This document shows, piece by piece, positions 38,901-53,400 of a DNA stretch of 64,000 nucleotides. Location of the stretch: positions 3,928,101 to 3,992,100 of the forward strand of contig NC_092677.1 in assembly GCF_964355755.1 (NCBI RefSeq), given 5' to 3'. How positions within the stretch are numbered: position 1 is the first letter of the stretch; each line of letters opens with the position of its first letter. The notes under the pieces were generated by a model. The model was not told the origin of the DNA, did not search any database, and worked only from the letters and a program-made list of their open reading frames with translations. Source of the DNA: Antedon mediterranea (taxonomy: Eukaryota > Animalia > Echinodermata). Made by a program: the position numbers and the translations under genes.

Positions 38901-39576
38901 GCCCATTCTACATTTCTAGATTGTTTGTGCGATGTAAATTCGTTGCCACTTCTGATCATTAGATTTAAAATAGAAAGCAATGCTAAGACGTTTTGAGAAA
39001 CCATCATTGTTTTGTTTTTGTCATGTAACCTCACTACACGAGACTCTAGGTCAATCCATACTTCCGTCTCACAAAATGCATTTTGGGTATATGATAGCCA
39101 ACTTTTTTAAAGCCCACCCACGAAGTATGTGCAGCGGAAACGGTGCACGAATTTCATATACGGTATATATACGGTATATTTATACGGTATATTTATACGG
39201 TATATTTGGGATTGGCAGCAGAAACAGGGCCATAGTGTGTTTCCACATGCTTTGTTTAATGTCTATACCTAATTTATATGCCTCGAGCATAACATCATAT
39301 TGTTGAAAAGAGTAGAGAAGAATGAAAAATGTATAGTTTGTTCTTCACAAGGCTAGAGTTAAAACAACCGTAAGCCAAATCCGCATTTAGTTAACGAACT
39401 AAACAAATTGTTAATATGATTGGTACAAGTGTGGCATATGAATTTTGTTTATTATCCGGGCACTGTATGACTCAGTAAGGTTTAAAAAATGTAAAGTTGT
39501 TTCAATCAATCGCACTGTGGACGCAGTATTGATTGCAAATGACACTCCAACACTCACTCTTCAGAAATCAATATAA

Positions 39577-40088
39577 AGCGTGGTTTCCACTAGGACGCAA
39601 CGTAAGGACGTAAACGCAACGCAAGCGCGTTGACCAATGACAATCGACAGTTCGAATAACCCATCGCTTGTGATCACTTGCGTTGCGTTACGTCTTGTGT
39701 TGCGTCTCTAAAGCTTGGTTCCCACTAGAACGTAACGCAATGACGTAAACGCAACGCAAGCGTTTTAACCAATGACAAGCAAAGTTATAGACAGTTAGCA
39801 ATCAATCACAAGCGAATAAGCCATCGCTTGTGGTTGGTTAATTCACTTGCGTTGCTTTACGTCCTTGCGTTCGTCGCTAGTGGGAACAAACGCTTAAAAG
39901 CGTGGTTCCCATTGCAACGCAACGACGTATTGACGCAAAGTGCTGTATTGCGTAATCACAAGTTGGAACCGACGATGCAAGGCATCGCAGGTTTGATTTT
40001 ACGCAGGCGGCGGCAAACACAATTATTGGAAGGGCATTTTCTTACGTTGCGTAGGCTAGTGGGAACCAAGCTTTATGAGAACCAAGCA
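39577..40088. mobile_element. Cluster of three nested or adjacent Tourist-like MITEs (tggttccca family)
   Basis: Two inner copies (about 39711-39894 and 39898-40072) with TAA/TTA junctions split the right TIR of an outer copy, which resumes as tgagaaccaagc. Confidence 0.7.
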
Positions 40089-42812
40089 TTATCATTTGAC
40101 CGAAAACGTATAAAGAGAAGAATAATTGTACGGTGTGTGTACAGCAAACTTTATATCACTATAAATATACATTTTAAAATTGTTAACCCAGTGATAATGT
40201 AGGTTGCTGCTTGAAAGCAATCATAAAGTCATTAATGGCGGCAGTGGATTTATATACTACCGTATATATTAGTTTTCTTTTATTTTCACTCTGTTACGCT
40301 TGAAAATACATTACTATTTAATGATATACCCTGACCTGTATTTAATTCCACCAAGAATAAAATGTCTTTTTTTAAAGTAAATTCATTTCCTTTAGGATCT
40401 CATTGATAATATAGTTATTGATCTGTTCATTACCTTGTTCTGGAATGGTATGCTTGTGTGACATCCAAAACTAAGCCGACGAACGAAACAATATAACGAA
40501 AGCAGTCAGAAACTGTGTGAAGTACTTGTCAAAATATGTCATGAAAACCATTTTTTTTGGAGAGAGGGGGATCACTACCACCCGTAAAACTACCACCCGA
40601 ACAATTACCCCCGGAAAATCACACTTCCAGGACAACTAGCCTCAAGACAACACCCAAAAATTCAAGGCGATAACTTAACAAAATTAGAACGCTATCGTTC
40701 AAACAAACAAAGCAAGTACTTTGGCAAATAAGCAACTATGCTTACTAGTCCCAAGCAATGTCATCACTCGCAGGTTAGCCAATTCTCGATTCTGCTGTAT
40801 CTAATTTGTATCATAGACAAATGATGCGATACGGTGTAACACCATAAGCCCATTCCTAACCATAACATAATATATATTCGCCACATGTGACACTGTGTTA
40901 AAGAATTTGCATGATTACTGGACATAAATGCCATGGATGTGGATATACAGTACATACATCGACTGCGCATGTGCATTGTAATTGTAACTGCATTTTATTA
41001 GATGAGTTTTAAATTTATACTATTTATAGACTATACAGGCCACATCGTTCTCCCAATGGTAGATAAAAAACTCTACTCAGTAAAATAATTCGAATTGAAT
41101 TAAAAACCGAACGACAAATTAAAAAATATCTTTTCAGAATATAGTATCGATATTGTATTTAAACACTATTTATAATGACTGACACAAATGTGTGGTTTTT
41201 TTTTCGACCTAGTTATCTTTTTGAGTTGAAACCCATCATTATTTATATACTAATTCAAAAAACTTATTTGTCGGTATGTTCCAAATTTAGAAGTGACAAC
41301 CGTGAAAGAAAACCCCATTTGAGAATCACTTCTTCGTCAAGGTGACCCAACATTAATATTTCCAATTGAAAAATGATTTTTGTTTTAATTGTCATTACTT
41401 CATTGATCGCTTCTGAAGTATATCCTTCAGTTGTTCACGGTTCTAATTTTTCATTTCTTTCGTTATTGCAATTTTTTTATAGTTATGGAAATAAAAAAAT
41501 GTTACTTAGATGTTGCCGACTTATCTTAGATTAAAATTAATAGTCTCTACATATCTTGAAATTAATGTGTATGACATAGGCCTACTTAATGAAGAGTTGA
41601 GTACACTGGTTTACGATGTCTAGTTCTTATTACTCTCGAATTCAAGGGGCCTACCAGGGAGGAGCGAAATTAATTAAATTCCACCACTCTTCACTTGGCC
41701 TACTAACCTTTAAACAATCGAGAAAAAATCGAGATTCGGTATTAATTCATTGCCTTTTTTATGTTAGTCCAACCGTCGGGTTTCGTTTCGATTTTTGTCT
41801 GGAAAATGTTCGTACTCTATTGTTATACGTATGGAACGCCATATGTGCCAAAATATTTATCTTCTTTTTTTCTAAGATTAATTCTAAAACCTAGACTAGA
41901 TCTTTTGAATAGTAATACATTGAAATGCAACTTTTAAACATAGACGGATGTTGTGAGTCTGTTTCGTTCTTTCTGTTTCTGTGCTATGTTTTACTACTAC
42001 CTCGGTTAAGATCACTACCATATTTGAACCCTGACCCAGCTTATACATTTCATGTCATGTTGCAATGCAGTGTAGATTTTCTTGAGAAGAGGGTTTAACC
42101 CATTATGTCGTTAGTAATATAAATCAATTTGGCGGGAAATCTATTTATGATTATGATGACCATTTGATTATATTCTCTTCTTTTTTCTGTTTAAATTAAA
42201 GCTAACGTTCGCAATCTCAATTTGGGATTCCAGTTGATGTATGAAAACTCTTGAAATAATGACGTAGCAGGGAGGTAATAACAACATTTTATACCTCCCC
42301 TATTGTCTGTTTGTAATTTTTTTTCTTCAAACCACCACTTCGTCACTAACGAATTATCTCCCTCGCGATCGGATAAGTTCCCTTTTAAGCTTAAAAGCTC
42401 TGTCTACACTATTTTGAACAAAACAAGTGTGATGTACACAAATATGGTAGTGATATGCCCAAATATGGTAGTGATATGACATCATCATGTCCATATATGG
42501 GCACATCACATTTTTTTCACCTAAAGTTTGATAGTGAAGACAAAGTTTTTGAAACATTTCTGAACAATAAATGCCTTGTGGGTTTTATTAACTACTAATT
42601 TTTATCAAATTTAGATAAATTTAAAAAATTGTTTTAACTAAATGGAATTTTCAATTTTAAGTGAAATTAAACTCTGATTCTCTATTATTCTATTATATAT
42701 TTATTATAATTTAAAACTTCGCATGATTCCATATATGTATTAACAAAAAGGAAATAGAGAAAATCCGGTTTACACGAGTCAGCTAAATAAACTAGTTTTC
42801 TGCAGTAAGATA

Positions 42813-43190
42813 TTAAATTAGTATGAGCTATTCAAACTGGGTGCAACCTACAAGGTATAAGTGTTGAAATATGTATTTTTACAAAACATTAATTTTGTTT
42901 GTTATCTTATCTCTCTCTTATTTTTAAGACACATTTGTCCTCTGTTATATGCAAGAAACACAATGATTCTTAAGTATGTTATTATTTTAAAATCAAATGC
43001 CTTAATTAATGCTATTTTAAAAAGTGTTTGAAATTAATTCAGGCAACCTCTCTATTTGACAAAAGAAACCTACCTAAATTAGTATGAGATATTCTAACTG
43101 GGTGCAACCTACAAGGTATAAGTGTTGAAATATGCATTTCTACAAAACATTCATTTGTTTGTTATCTTATCTCTCTCTTATTTTTAATCT
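42813..43190. repeat. Local direct duplication (about 115 bp, 262-bp spacing)
   Basis: taaattagtatgag.tattc.aactgggtgcaacctacaaggtataagtgttgaaatatg... occurs twice. Confidence 0.8.
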
Positions 43191-44864
43191 TACATGAGAC
43201 AGACACATTTGTATAACATAAAAATTAAATGTCGGCCTAGCTTCAAAATAATAGTAGAAGATTATTGTTCCTTAGCTTAAAGCATTATAAATAGCCATGC
43301 CTAAATGACCGCTAAAGTGCTGTTTTACTTAAAGGGTATCGATGCAAAATAAAAGTGATTCATTCCATGATGATTTGACCCATCCATCAATTCAGAGAGT
43401 GCGCATTGTGGAAACACGCGCGCGTAGACTCACCCACTCGATCGTATTGAAACCACAACTGTGCATTGCCACTTTAAAAAAACACCACTAATTATAATTT
43501 ATATAGCATTATATCTAGCTCGAAATCATACTTAACGCGTAGGGATCAATACGCCTGTTGCCATTGTTGTTAAAATCTGCTAAGTTTGTAATAAGTGCAA
43601 TTTTAATTTAGAATAACCTCCATAATCTTACCTTGTTTTCGACAATCTGCTTGGTTTAATTTCACTGGTAAGTCCGTGCTGTCATTTCTCTACTTATATG
43701 ACAATTTAAAACGCAATTTGCTTTTTTTCTGTTAGTTTAAGACAGAACGCCGCACACCGAAGCAAATTATTACAACTTTTCAGCTTGTGCCTAACTATTT
43801 ATGGAATGACCATCCGTTCTGGATTCATTTATAACCGATATAAATCCATTTAAGTTTAGTCCGGATGTCATAATAACTGACCCAGGTTCCTCCAAGGTCA
43901 CAACCAATTCTTACGGCCAAACTCTAGGCCTACACCTATTAAGTATTGTGAATGTATACATGAAAAGTCCATCCATCCTCGGTGAGAACCTTTTCCTATA
44001 TAAATATAGGTGATCAATATTAAATTCATAAACCAACAATAACAGAGTATATTATTTCATTTTATCGTCTATTATGTATTTATTTGTGAAAACAGGAAAG
44101 CGTGTCATCTAAATTCGATATCCTAAAATAAATCCCAACCACATAATATTACGCATAGTGATCTTCATCATTGTTTAAATAGGCTTACACCACCGTACAT
44201 TTTACTAAATTGATTTCTGAGTAATTATATAAAAACCCAAATGTTTAAGCTTGGTTCCCACTTGGACCAAACGCAACGAAGTGAGTTGACCAATCACAAG
44301 TGACAGTTCGGATGACATATCACATAAAAATATTAATATATAAAATTGATAATTACAAATATTATGAAAAAACACATAAATCAGAGTATGCCTCATTATG
44401 TTATATGCTTATTATACTTCTTATTAAGACAATTAAATGAATAATCTGAATTTGTTGTAAACGTTTTAAATGTTTGCGTGCATATAAGGATCGTAAACGC
44501 TCTTGTTAATACGCTCAAATTACTGTAAAAATGTTAATTTTAAAATATTCAGATATGTTTTAGAAAGATGCAACTTATTATTTGCTAATAAATGCTGGTG
44601 ACGGAATCATAAAAATAACAGCAAACGATCAATCTCAAAATGCTACGCTGAAATATCACCTTTCTGTCTTGTCTTGTCAACAACAGCCAAGCATCAATTA
44701 AAATACCTATGTTGACAGTTAGTAATATCTGTTGTTCGTTTTTTATGTACATCTATATGTTCAAACAGTTGTTTCTGTGTTGAGAAAGTCAATGTTTCCG
44801 AACTTATCAAACATGGTCTAACTGCATTGAGTTACAATACTGTATTATGATTATAACTAGTATT

Positions 44865-45068
44865 GAATAAAACGCAGTAGTCCGGTATTACTGGTATTAA
44901 CTAATGGTATTACTTAATATAACTGGTATTAACTACCGGTATTACTTATAACTGTGGTACTACTGGTATTACTAGTACCGTATGAACTACCGGTACTGGT
45001 ATTAACTATCGGTATTACTTGTAACTAGTATCAACTACCGTTTATTACCCATAACTAATATTAACTAA
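44865..45068. repeat. Degenerate (actggtatta)n minisatellite
   Basis: ggtatta motif recurs more than 10 times. Confidence 0.7.
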
Positions 45069-46107
45069 AACAGTACAACTATTTATAAAATAAAACAAGT
45101 GATGTGTTGCTTGTTATCGGTTCTTCTTTCATTTTGAGTGTGTATTCCTCTTCTACTCGAGCGGTATGAAGTGTAATTAATATGTCGCGGTGAACACAAG
45201 ATTCAAGACATTTTATTGGCATAATTAAGACAATAAAACAGCAAATAAAAATATATTAAATTGCAAAAACTTTGCATGGACATAAAAATGCTGTTGGTCA
45301 CAGCTAATTTCATTCATCATAGGCCTAATTATGTTTGTAAATAGAGTATTTGAAACTTGATATGTGTGTAATTGGAACATGTTACATGCTCCAGTAACAT
45401 GCCTGGCCTCGGGTACTTCGTGACGTGGAACACTCGCAAACAACAGCACGATTGATTATTTAACGCAATTGATTATCTAATTAAAATTACCAGGTCCGTG
45501 TGAAAGCTAATAAAAGCAACATTACTACTACACTACATTATTGATAGGACAGCAAACATTACTTACAACGTTGGTAGCTATTATTACTCTTTTAATTGGA
45601 AACGTATAATTGTCGTCGTTAAGTCCAAGCTTGACTCGTATGTTGCTTAGTATATGCCAAATTAATTGGCGGTGACCATAAAGTGTCTACGTCGTGTCCA
45701 CAATTCCAATTTATTTGAAGTGCAAACAACAACAAGCCAGTTTAAACTAACTTACACTTTTGTAATTATCTTGCGAAATACATACGAAAGTTGGAATTAC
45801 ATTCAAAATGCGTTAGACAGATAATTTAATTAGTAGGCCTACAGACAAAATTCTACTGAATTTTACTATTTTTAAGACCTGCATCGTTAGTAGCATAATA
45901 ATAGATGTACCTTTCAATAGCAAAATAAAGCATGCGCATTTAGAATATCAAATTCGAACCTTTTTTTGTACATAAATACAGTAAACAAAATAAACTGAAA
46001 CGAAGCAATATTTTATCTTTCTAAATAATATCAACATATTTGAAAATTTGTTTGTATTTTTACATTTTTGATAAACCATAAAAAAATACACTTACTATTT
46101 TGTCTAA

Positions 46108-46261
46108 AGCTGTGTCTACACTATCAAATTTTATGCGACAAAAAAAAATGTGATGTGCCAATATATGGACATGATGATGTCATATCACTACCATATTTAG
46201 GCATAACACTAACATATTGGGCACATCACACTTTTTTTTTTGATAGTGTAGAGACAGAGCT
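46108..46261. mobile_element. Tourist-like MITE with TAA TSD; other copies at about 42396-42547, 52026-52095 and 63520-63682
   Basis: agct.tgtctacactatcaaa ... tttgatagtgtag..cagagct termini with TAA on both sides. Confidence 0.75.
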
Positions 46262-47481
46262 TAAAAGTCAATTTGTTTATGGTTTATCAAAAAGGAAAAA
46301 ATACATAAATTATTTTAAATCAGGTGAATATTTTTTCGAGAATATTTGAAAATACTAGTACTTTTCCGGTGGGTCTTTAACATACAGAATTAACAAATTT
46401 CTATTTTATTTGTTCTTTTTTTCTATCTCGAAATGGACATAAATCAGTTATAACGCAAACATAGAAAATAATCAAGGGCCTTCTTAATCATAAATAATAA
46501 CAACAATATAAATGGGATCTGCTATATATAGTCTTTTATTAAGCATCTTGAACCCTATTGGTGGAGATGTACGCGTTAAGTCTGTACTAATTAGTATTAA
46601 TTATTATATTATTATAGTATACCGAACCACAGAACTGAAAAGGCGACTTTGAACTATGATGAAAAACCTATCTTAAATTCTGAAAATATGTTCATTGTTA
46701 TTTTAATAAGGTAGGTATTAACGACAAGATTGTGATATTTTCTTAGCTTTAATAAAACATTTAAGTATGGATCAAAGTCTTAAGTAGGTAAGTTAGTCGT
46801 AGCTCTTATCAATATACCTTTTTCTTTGTAGATGATATCAACGGAAACCAAGTTAATCTAGAAGACTGAACCTCACTAAAGTAAAATCCTGTTCAATTAT
46901 TTATTATTATATATTTTTAAAATTGTAAAATGGAACTGAAGCTACTGTGTTTCAAAGTAAGCGAAACATCTTTAACTTCTATATTCACTTCACTACTACT
47001 ATTTTAATTTATTTCCATCTCTGGATAGCACAATATACGCGATTATATTTACAACACATGGTGCGCCCTCTATATCGTCACCAAAGATACAGATTTTTTT
47101 TAAAGCTACGTTCACACTGAGTTTGTACATCCGACCACCGGATTGCAATCCGGGCTAAATGTGAACGTAACGTTAGAGGAATTGATTTTAAATGTTTTAC
47201 AGATTACAGTTCAAGGATCAAAGACCAGCTTTATTACGCCCTCTAGTAAAACCTAATGAAAATAACCGTCAGCAGGTAGTTCAAAGTTCAACGTAAACAT
47301 TTATTTTCTTGCCTAAACTATTACAATAATATAAGTATTGAATTTAAAATATTTCATTTCGAAAAATATATATCAAAAAATATCATTACTCTATAGGTAG
47401 AAACTGTACATTCGTTTTGATTCACCGATTACATCTTGATGTCGAAATTCAATCTGGCGGTGGCGGCCTTACAGACGGGGT

Positions 47482-50400
47482 TCACACTTTACTGTCATTA
47501 TTATATGCGCAGTTGAGAATACCATCGTCTTTCTGAATTGTCTGCGCATCTTTATTTAATGGTCGCAAGTCGCAAATATCTACCGATGGGGGTTCTTTGT
47601 CTTTGTTTTCGCCCTGTAAAATAAACAAATACACTTTTTTACTGAACTGTTCAAATAATATTCGGCAAAATATTCTTGTTTTAAACCACTTACATGTTTA
47701 GGTTGAAAATAGTATTTCTGCTGAACTTTCCTCCCTTTGATTTTAAAAAGTATCCCTGCTATGACGATGACGGCCATGAACAGTAGACATAAGCATACAA
47801 TTAGTACATTAGAAAAACTGTTATCTGTAAAATAAAAGTAATACGTAGGCCTACTTTATTCTGCGCATGGGCAACATTATTGATGCAATACATACTTTAA
47901 ACATTACTAAAAATTGTTATAATAAAGTGGACATTGTTGACATTGGTATTTATCTAAGCAAGAATTTTTCAAGAAAGCATAAGGAAGAAAAATATTATCC
48001 ACGTACCGTTGTGTATAGTCTTAGATTAAAGTCCAGGCCTATATATTTGTATTTCATTCAGCCCCATAATATTGAAGTTTATAGGGTAGTAATATTTCTC
48101 GTATACACGATAAGCTAAATCTAAATTGATGGAGTATTATTACTGTGTTTGTATATTTACCATGGCTGTTTGATTTGTTCAGGGCGCCCTCTTCGTTTTC
48201 TGTCATTTGCCCGGAAACCGTCAATATTGAACTAGTAATTACTTCCGGTGACACTTCGTCAAATGACGTTGTCTGTTCACTTGGCCATCCCGTAGTTTGC
48301 TGCTGTATTGTAGACTTCTTATGGACTGCTCGGCGCTCAGTCGTTAGCTGTTCAGCGGTAAAAGTAAACTGTTGACTAGGCCTAGCTTTAGTGACTTTCT
48401 GTTCTATATCGTCTTCTGCTGTCACACTTCCGTTGGTCGCTGGAGTGTCAACTTTTGTGACAACGGTGGTTGTCGGAAGGGAATTCAAGGTTGATGATAC
48501 CAACGGTGAAGAAGATTGAACTAATATCGTTGATGGTGAGGAAGTAGATGCCAGTGATATAAATGGATGAAGGGTGGTGTGAGATTTAAAAGGAACTACC
48601 GAGGAAGAAGATGATGTTGCGAAAGAAGAGGTATATGGTGTAGAGAGAGTCAAGTCGTACGATTGTGATTCTGTATATGATTGATAATTGGTTGTCGGCG
48701 ATGAAATTGTTGTTGGTGGTAATGAAGGTGATGGAAATGGTGAAGATGATTGTCCAGAAAATTGTGATGAAATTGTTGTTGATGGTAATGAAGGTGATGG
48801 TAATTGTGAAGATGATTGTCCAGAAAATTGTGATGACATTGTTGTTGATGGTAATGAAGGTGATGATAATGGTAAAGATGATTGTCCAGAAAATTGTGAT
48901 GACATTGGTGTTTGTGATAATGAAGGTGGTGGTAATTGTGAAGATGATTGTCCAGAAAATTGTGATGACATTGGTGTTGATGGTAATGAAGGTGATTGTA
49001 ATGGTGAAGATGATTGTCCAGAAAATTGTGATGACAATTTTGTTGATGACATTGGTGTTAGTGATAATAAAGGTGATGGTAATGATGAAGATGATTGTTC
49101 AGAAAATTGTGGTGACAATGAAGTTGGTGATAACGAAGGTGATGGTAATGATGAAGATGATTGTTCAGCAAATTGTGATGACATTGCAGTTGGTGTCAAC
49201 GAAGGTGATGTTAATTGTGAAACTGATGGTTTAAAGAAAAAGTGTGATGATATTGGTGTTGGTGATAATTGCGTTGACAGTAACTGTAAAGATAAAAGTG
49301 AAAATGAAAATTGTGATGACGTTGGTTTTGGTGATAATGAAGGGGATAAAGTTCGAAATAAAAATGGTGTTGGTGATAATGACGTTGTTGGTAATTGTGA
49401 GAATGATAAGGATGATGATTGAGCATTTACTGATGATGTTTCTGGCTGAGAGGGCGTGTTTTCTTCTTTTCTGTAGATTTCTGTTATAGTTTGAGGTGAC
49501 ATGGTTGTGTCTGGAAAAGTTATTTCTGGTTCATTTTCTGTAAAATAAAACAAATCACAAAGTGGTTGAGAAGTCCATTGTGGTAATATAACATAGACAT
49601 CTAGTGTTAAGTTGTTTATGTTCCTGGGTGTCTTTATTGTTTTACTGTATTATATTGTTGGATCCATTACTGAGCACGACTTTTAACATTGAGGTTGTTA
49701 TATTTCATAAAACGCTAGCATTGTTGTTAATTGTTTACCTGAAACGTGAACGTAAAAACTACAGAATGCGGTGTTCCTAGAAGAATCTTCAAATTGATAC
49801 ATTATAAAAGTGGTACCGATCGGAAGAGTTGCAGATGCTGTCAAATTTACTCGTTTTCTATATGGTTCCAAACAAAATGGCGTCACCGCGTCGTTGTTTA
49901 CTTGAATCTTAGAAATCAATTCTAGGTCATATACAACTATCGACCAATGTACTAAAGTGCTGTTTTCACCCCGACGAAAACATCTGATAAATTCCGGGCA
50001 TTCAAACGTGGGTGGAGTATTGTCTGAAAGATGATGTATATTATGCAAATTACTTCAATACTGTCAAACCCGTCGTCGCCGTCGTCATCACTAAATGAAA
50101 ACATGGAACACTTTTAATTCTCTATCCAAGCACCAAGCCACAAGATCGTGCAGTTATAGAATGGTATTTTGTGACGACTATCTGCGTAAATGGAATCTGC
50201 ATACAGATACAAATGCATCGCATGCGTACAATTTTTATATGGATGCAGACACGAACAGAGCAAGAGACCAGCAAGAGATTGCTTCCAAACAGTTTTAATT
50301 CATATCTTGTACACACATCTGTATATCTGGCTTTAACATTTAATTTTCTAAAGTTAAAATTATGATGTATAACTACTGATCTTAAAGCTGAGATGCAGGC

Positions 50401-53400
50401 ATGAATTTGAAATATAATATCTGGTATTGTACTTAAATCAAATATTTGTAATAGAAATCAAAACGAAAAAACATGAATTTCCCTTAAAATGATCAAATAC
50501 AAAATTTGGCAAAATTCTGCTATAAAACCCAGGGAGACTTTTTTTTATTAGTTAGGTAGTTTAACCTAATGTAATAACAAGTATGGTGACTCCCTAGAAG
50601 GGAGGCATCTGGCCTTTAAGTTCATCCTCATTCGGATGTTACTGTGATCAAGAAGTTTACTGAAATGTTCTAAAAATATTGATGACAGCTTTTGTATTGC
50701 GGTCAAAAGTTGGAATTATTATTCAGAAACTGAAACACGCGCCTACCATCTAACTAGTATGAAAATCAACATAAAAGTAAACTTTAGAAAGCTTTTACTT
50801 GTAATGTGTTACGATCTCTATTTAAATGCTTCCGTTTAGATATAACTTGCCTGTAACGAGAAAGTACAGTTTGCATGAATTCACATTTCCGGATGCATCT
50901 TCTGCCGTAAACTCCACTTCATAAGGAGGGTAGAATTTTGGCACGAACACATCGCCAGACTTGTGTGATGACTTCATTATCAGACGACCTCCACTGTTGT
51001 CAAAAACTGTAGGATCTTCCCACGTGACGACGGAACTCATGTTGGCATCTGAATCAGTAGCAGCTCTAACAATGCCGAAGTATGTATCGTAGTAATTTGT
51101 AATGTTCGTTGGGCATTCTATAATCGGAGGTTCGATGTCTAGAATAAAATAAACAACATCCCTACTATACGATTGGAATGCAGAAGAAAAGGAGATTCAA
51201 AGAAGCACGTGGTACATGCATTATGTTAGATGAAAGGGGCGTGTGTTTGCCAATGAGTAGACTTGAAATAGAGCCTACATTTCTCTTCGATTAACTTACC
51301 TATAACTGTGAAATAAATGTAGCAAGATTTGTTATTCCCAAACAGATCAGTTGCAGTCATTTGTACAGTATACGGTGGAAACTGTCGCATCGGAATCTTA
51401 TCACCTGATGTATAGGGGAAGCTTTCCCACGTGACCAGATCTTGACTGTTGTCATCAACGTCTGGAGGATACCACGTGACTGTTGCGTATGGATGACCAT
51501 AATCAGTAACGAGGCGATGAAAACCAAATATATAGTCGTAATAATTGGAGAAATTACTCGGACATATAATTGATGGACGTTCATTGTCTAAAATAACAAT
51601 TTTTAAAAGAAATTTAAATTTTGCTGTGTTTTTAGGAATTTAAACAAAGATTTTGATCTCATTATGTGCGAAAACTCACCTATAACTGTAATAGTAAGCA
51701 GACAGGTACCATTGTTACCAGATGTATCTGTCACGGTGTATTCAACTTCAGTTACACCGATAGGAAAAAAGCCATGTTGAGCAAGAGTTATATTTTCGCC
51801 ATTTAATGTAGTTTTCGTAGGTTCAACTCTAGAGTCGTTAGACATGCAGTAGCTGACAGCAAAATTATCATTTAGTGTGATGTTCCAGAAGAATAACGCA
51901 AACCTCGAACCGTCGTCTGTATAGCGTTCCAAGTCAGGTAGACATTCAACTGATGGACTTTCCCAATCTATTTTTAAACCAAGTTTAAACCAAGAGAAAA
52001 AGTATTGACAAATTATTTTCCTTAAAGCTCTGTCTACACTATCAAACTAGTAAATTATTTGTTGTCACATAAAGTTTGATAGTGTAGGCAGGGCTTAAGA
52101 GTAGTGTTGAATGATTTCGGTAACACTAACATTCCTACTTCAAATAAAGCTATCTAACATGACTGTATTTGGAAAGAAATGGAAGGTTGTCTTTCGATGT
52201 ATGACTTGATTCGCTGCGATCGATTATGAGAAAACTAATGACTTATAAAAAGCGTTACAAAGCTTTTTCAGAACTTGAGTTTTCTGAGTAAGCTCTGATG
52301 TTTGCAAAATTGTTTACCGCCCTTATGTCGTACTTCTGGGTTCTCTATCTAAATTTATCTAGTATCATAAGAAAATCATGTGATACAATTTACTATATTT
52401 TTTTATTTATTTTTTTTTATTCAGTTGTCAACCAACAGCGATGAAACCGCCACTAACAGGTTGAATCTAAAGATAATAAATATAAAATGTATTCAAATAA
52501 ACAACACAAACATAAACAAAGATAACAACATTAAAGAGATTTAACAATTTTACCCTTAAATACATTTAAACTATCATAAAATAAATCAATATCCAAACAA
52601 GTAACAAGTAACCTATTAAATGTGTTAGGTAACCGCTGAAAGATACCTCGTTTTGTGCATTCAACACGACCACAAGGAACGTGAAGCAAACACTTGCTGC
52701 GAGTACGAGTTGGAATATTCAACTTAAACAAAGCAACAAGAGGACAATCATAAACGGAATTGAATGAGTTGTATAAAAAAAACATATCAAAAAGAACTCT
52801 ACGATTTTCAAGAGAAATAAGAGAAACATTATAATTAGGACAAGTGCGAGTAAGGAATCTAATGAATTTGTTCTGAACATTATAAATACGCTGAGATTGA
52901 GTACAAGAAATTGAATTAAAAATGACTGAACAGTATTCCAGGTGGGGGCGCACGACTGAACGGTACAATGATGTTAATGCTCCACCATTGCCCATGAATC
53001 TACAGTTCCTCCATAACAAACCCAGCATTATATTTGCCTTAGATACAACATAATTAACATGTAAACAAAAATATAACTTACTATCAATTAAAACTCCTAA
53101 ATCCCTTTGAGACACCTGTATCAAGTTAACCCTTAACATACCCTATACAGGCACTTTGATACCCCGTGAGATGTTGTATTGTGAAATTAGCCTATGACAC
53201 TGGGTTGGCATTTATCAATATTTGCTTATATTTTTGCTTAAGGTGAAATATTTAAGAAGTGCTTAAGCAAATAACTTAATCTTATTTATCAAACCGTCTT
53301 AGCAATGTCTTAGCAGAAAAATTGTCTTAGGTAAATTTTACTTTGCACATGCGCAAAATTAAATTCTAGAGGGCAGCAAATTATGTCTTAAGATGAAAAA

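Larger units (their letters stand above)
23997..39231. mobile_element. PIF/Harbinger-like non-autonomous element (about 871 bp net) interrupted by the Ginger1 insertion
   Basis: TIRs ggccccgtttctgctgccaa (23997) / ttggcagcagaaacagggcc (39231); ATA direct repeat at 23994-23996 and 39232-39234; tataccgtata arrays at both ends; Myb/SANT remnant inside. Confidence 0.75.

Noticed and set aside
43632-44010. TATA-like motif and a G|gtaag donor suggesting a minus-strand first exon
   Set aside because: No ORF or downstream exon could be linked; such motifs are common by chance in AT-rich DNA.
47580-47693. Unspliced read-through tail (...CICLFYRAKTKTKNPHR*)
   Set aside because: The segment is bounded by gtaagt and ttttacag and is not conserved in copy B, whereas the spliced tail is.
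48665-49422. Plus-strand Asp/Cys/Gly-rich (DCPENCDD) and Met/Val-rich ORFs; also 59658-60642
   Set aside because: Antisense shadows of the TCA/CCA-rich mucin exon; splice signals and gene context support the minus strand only.
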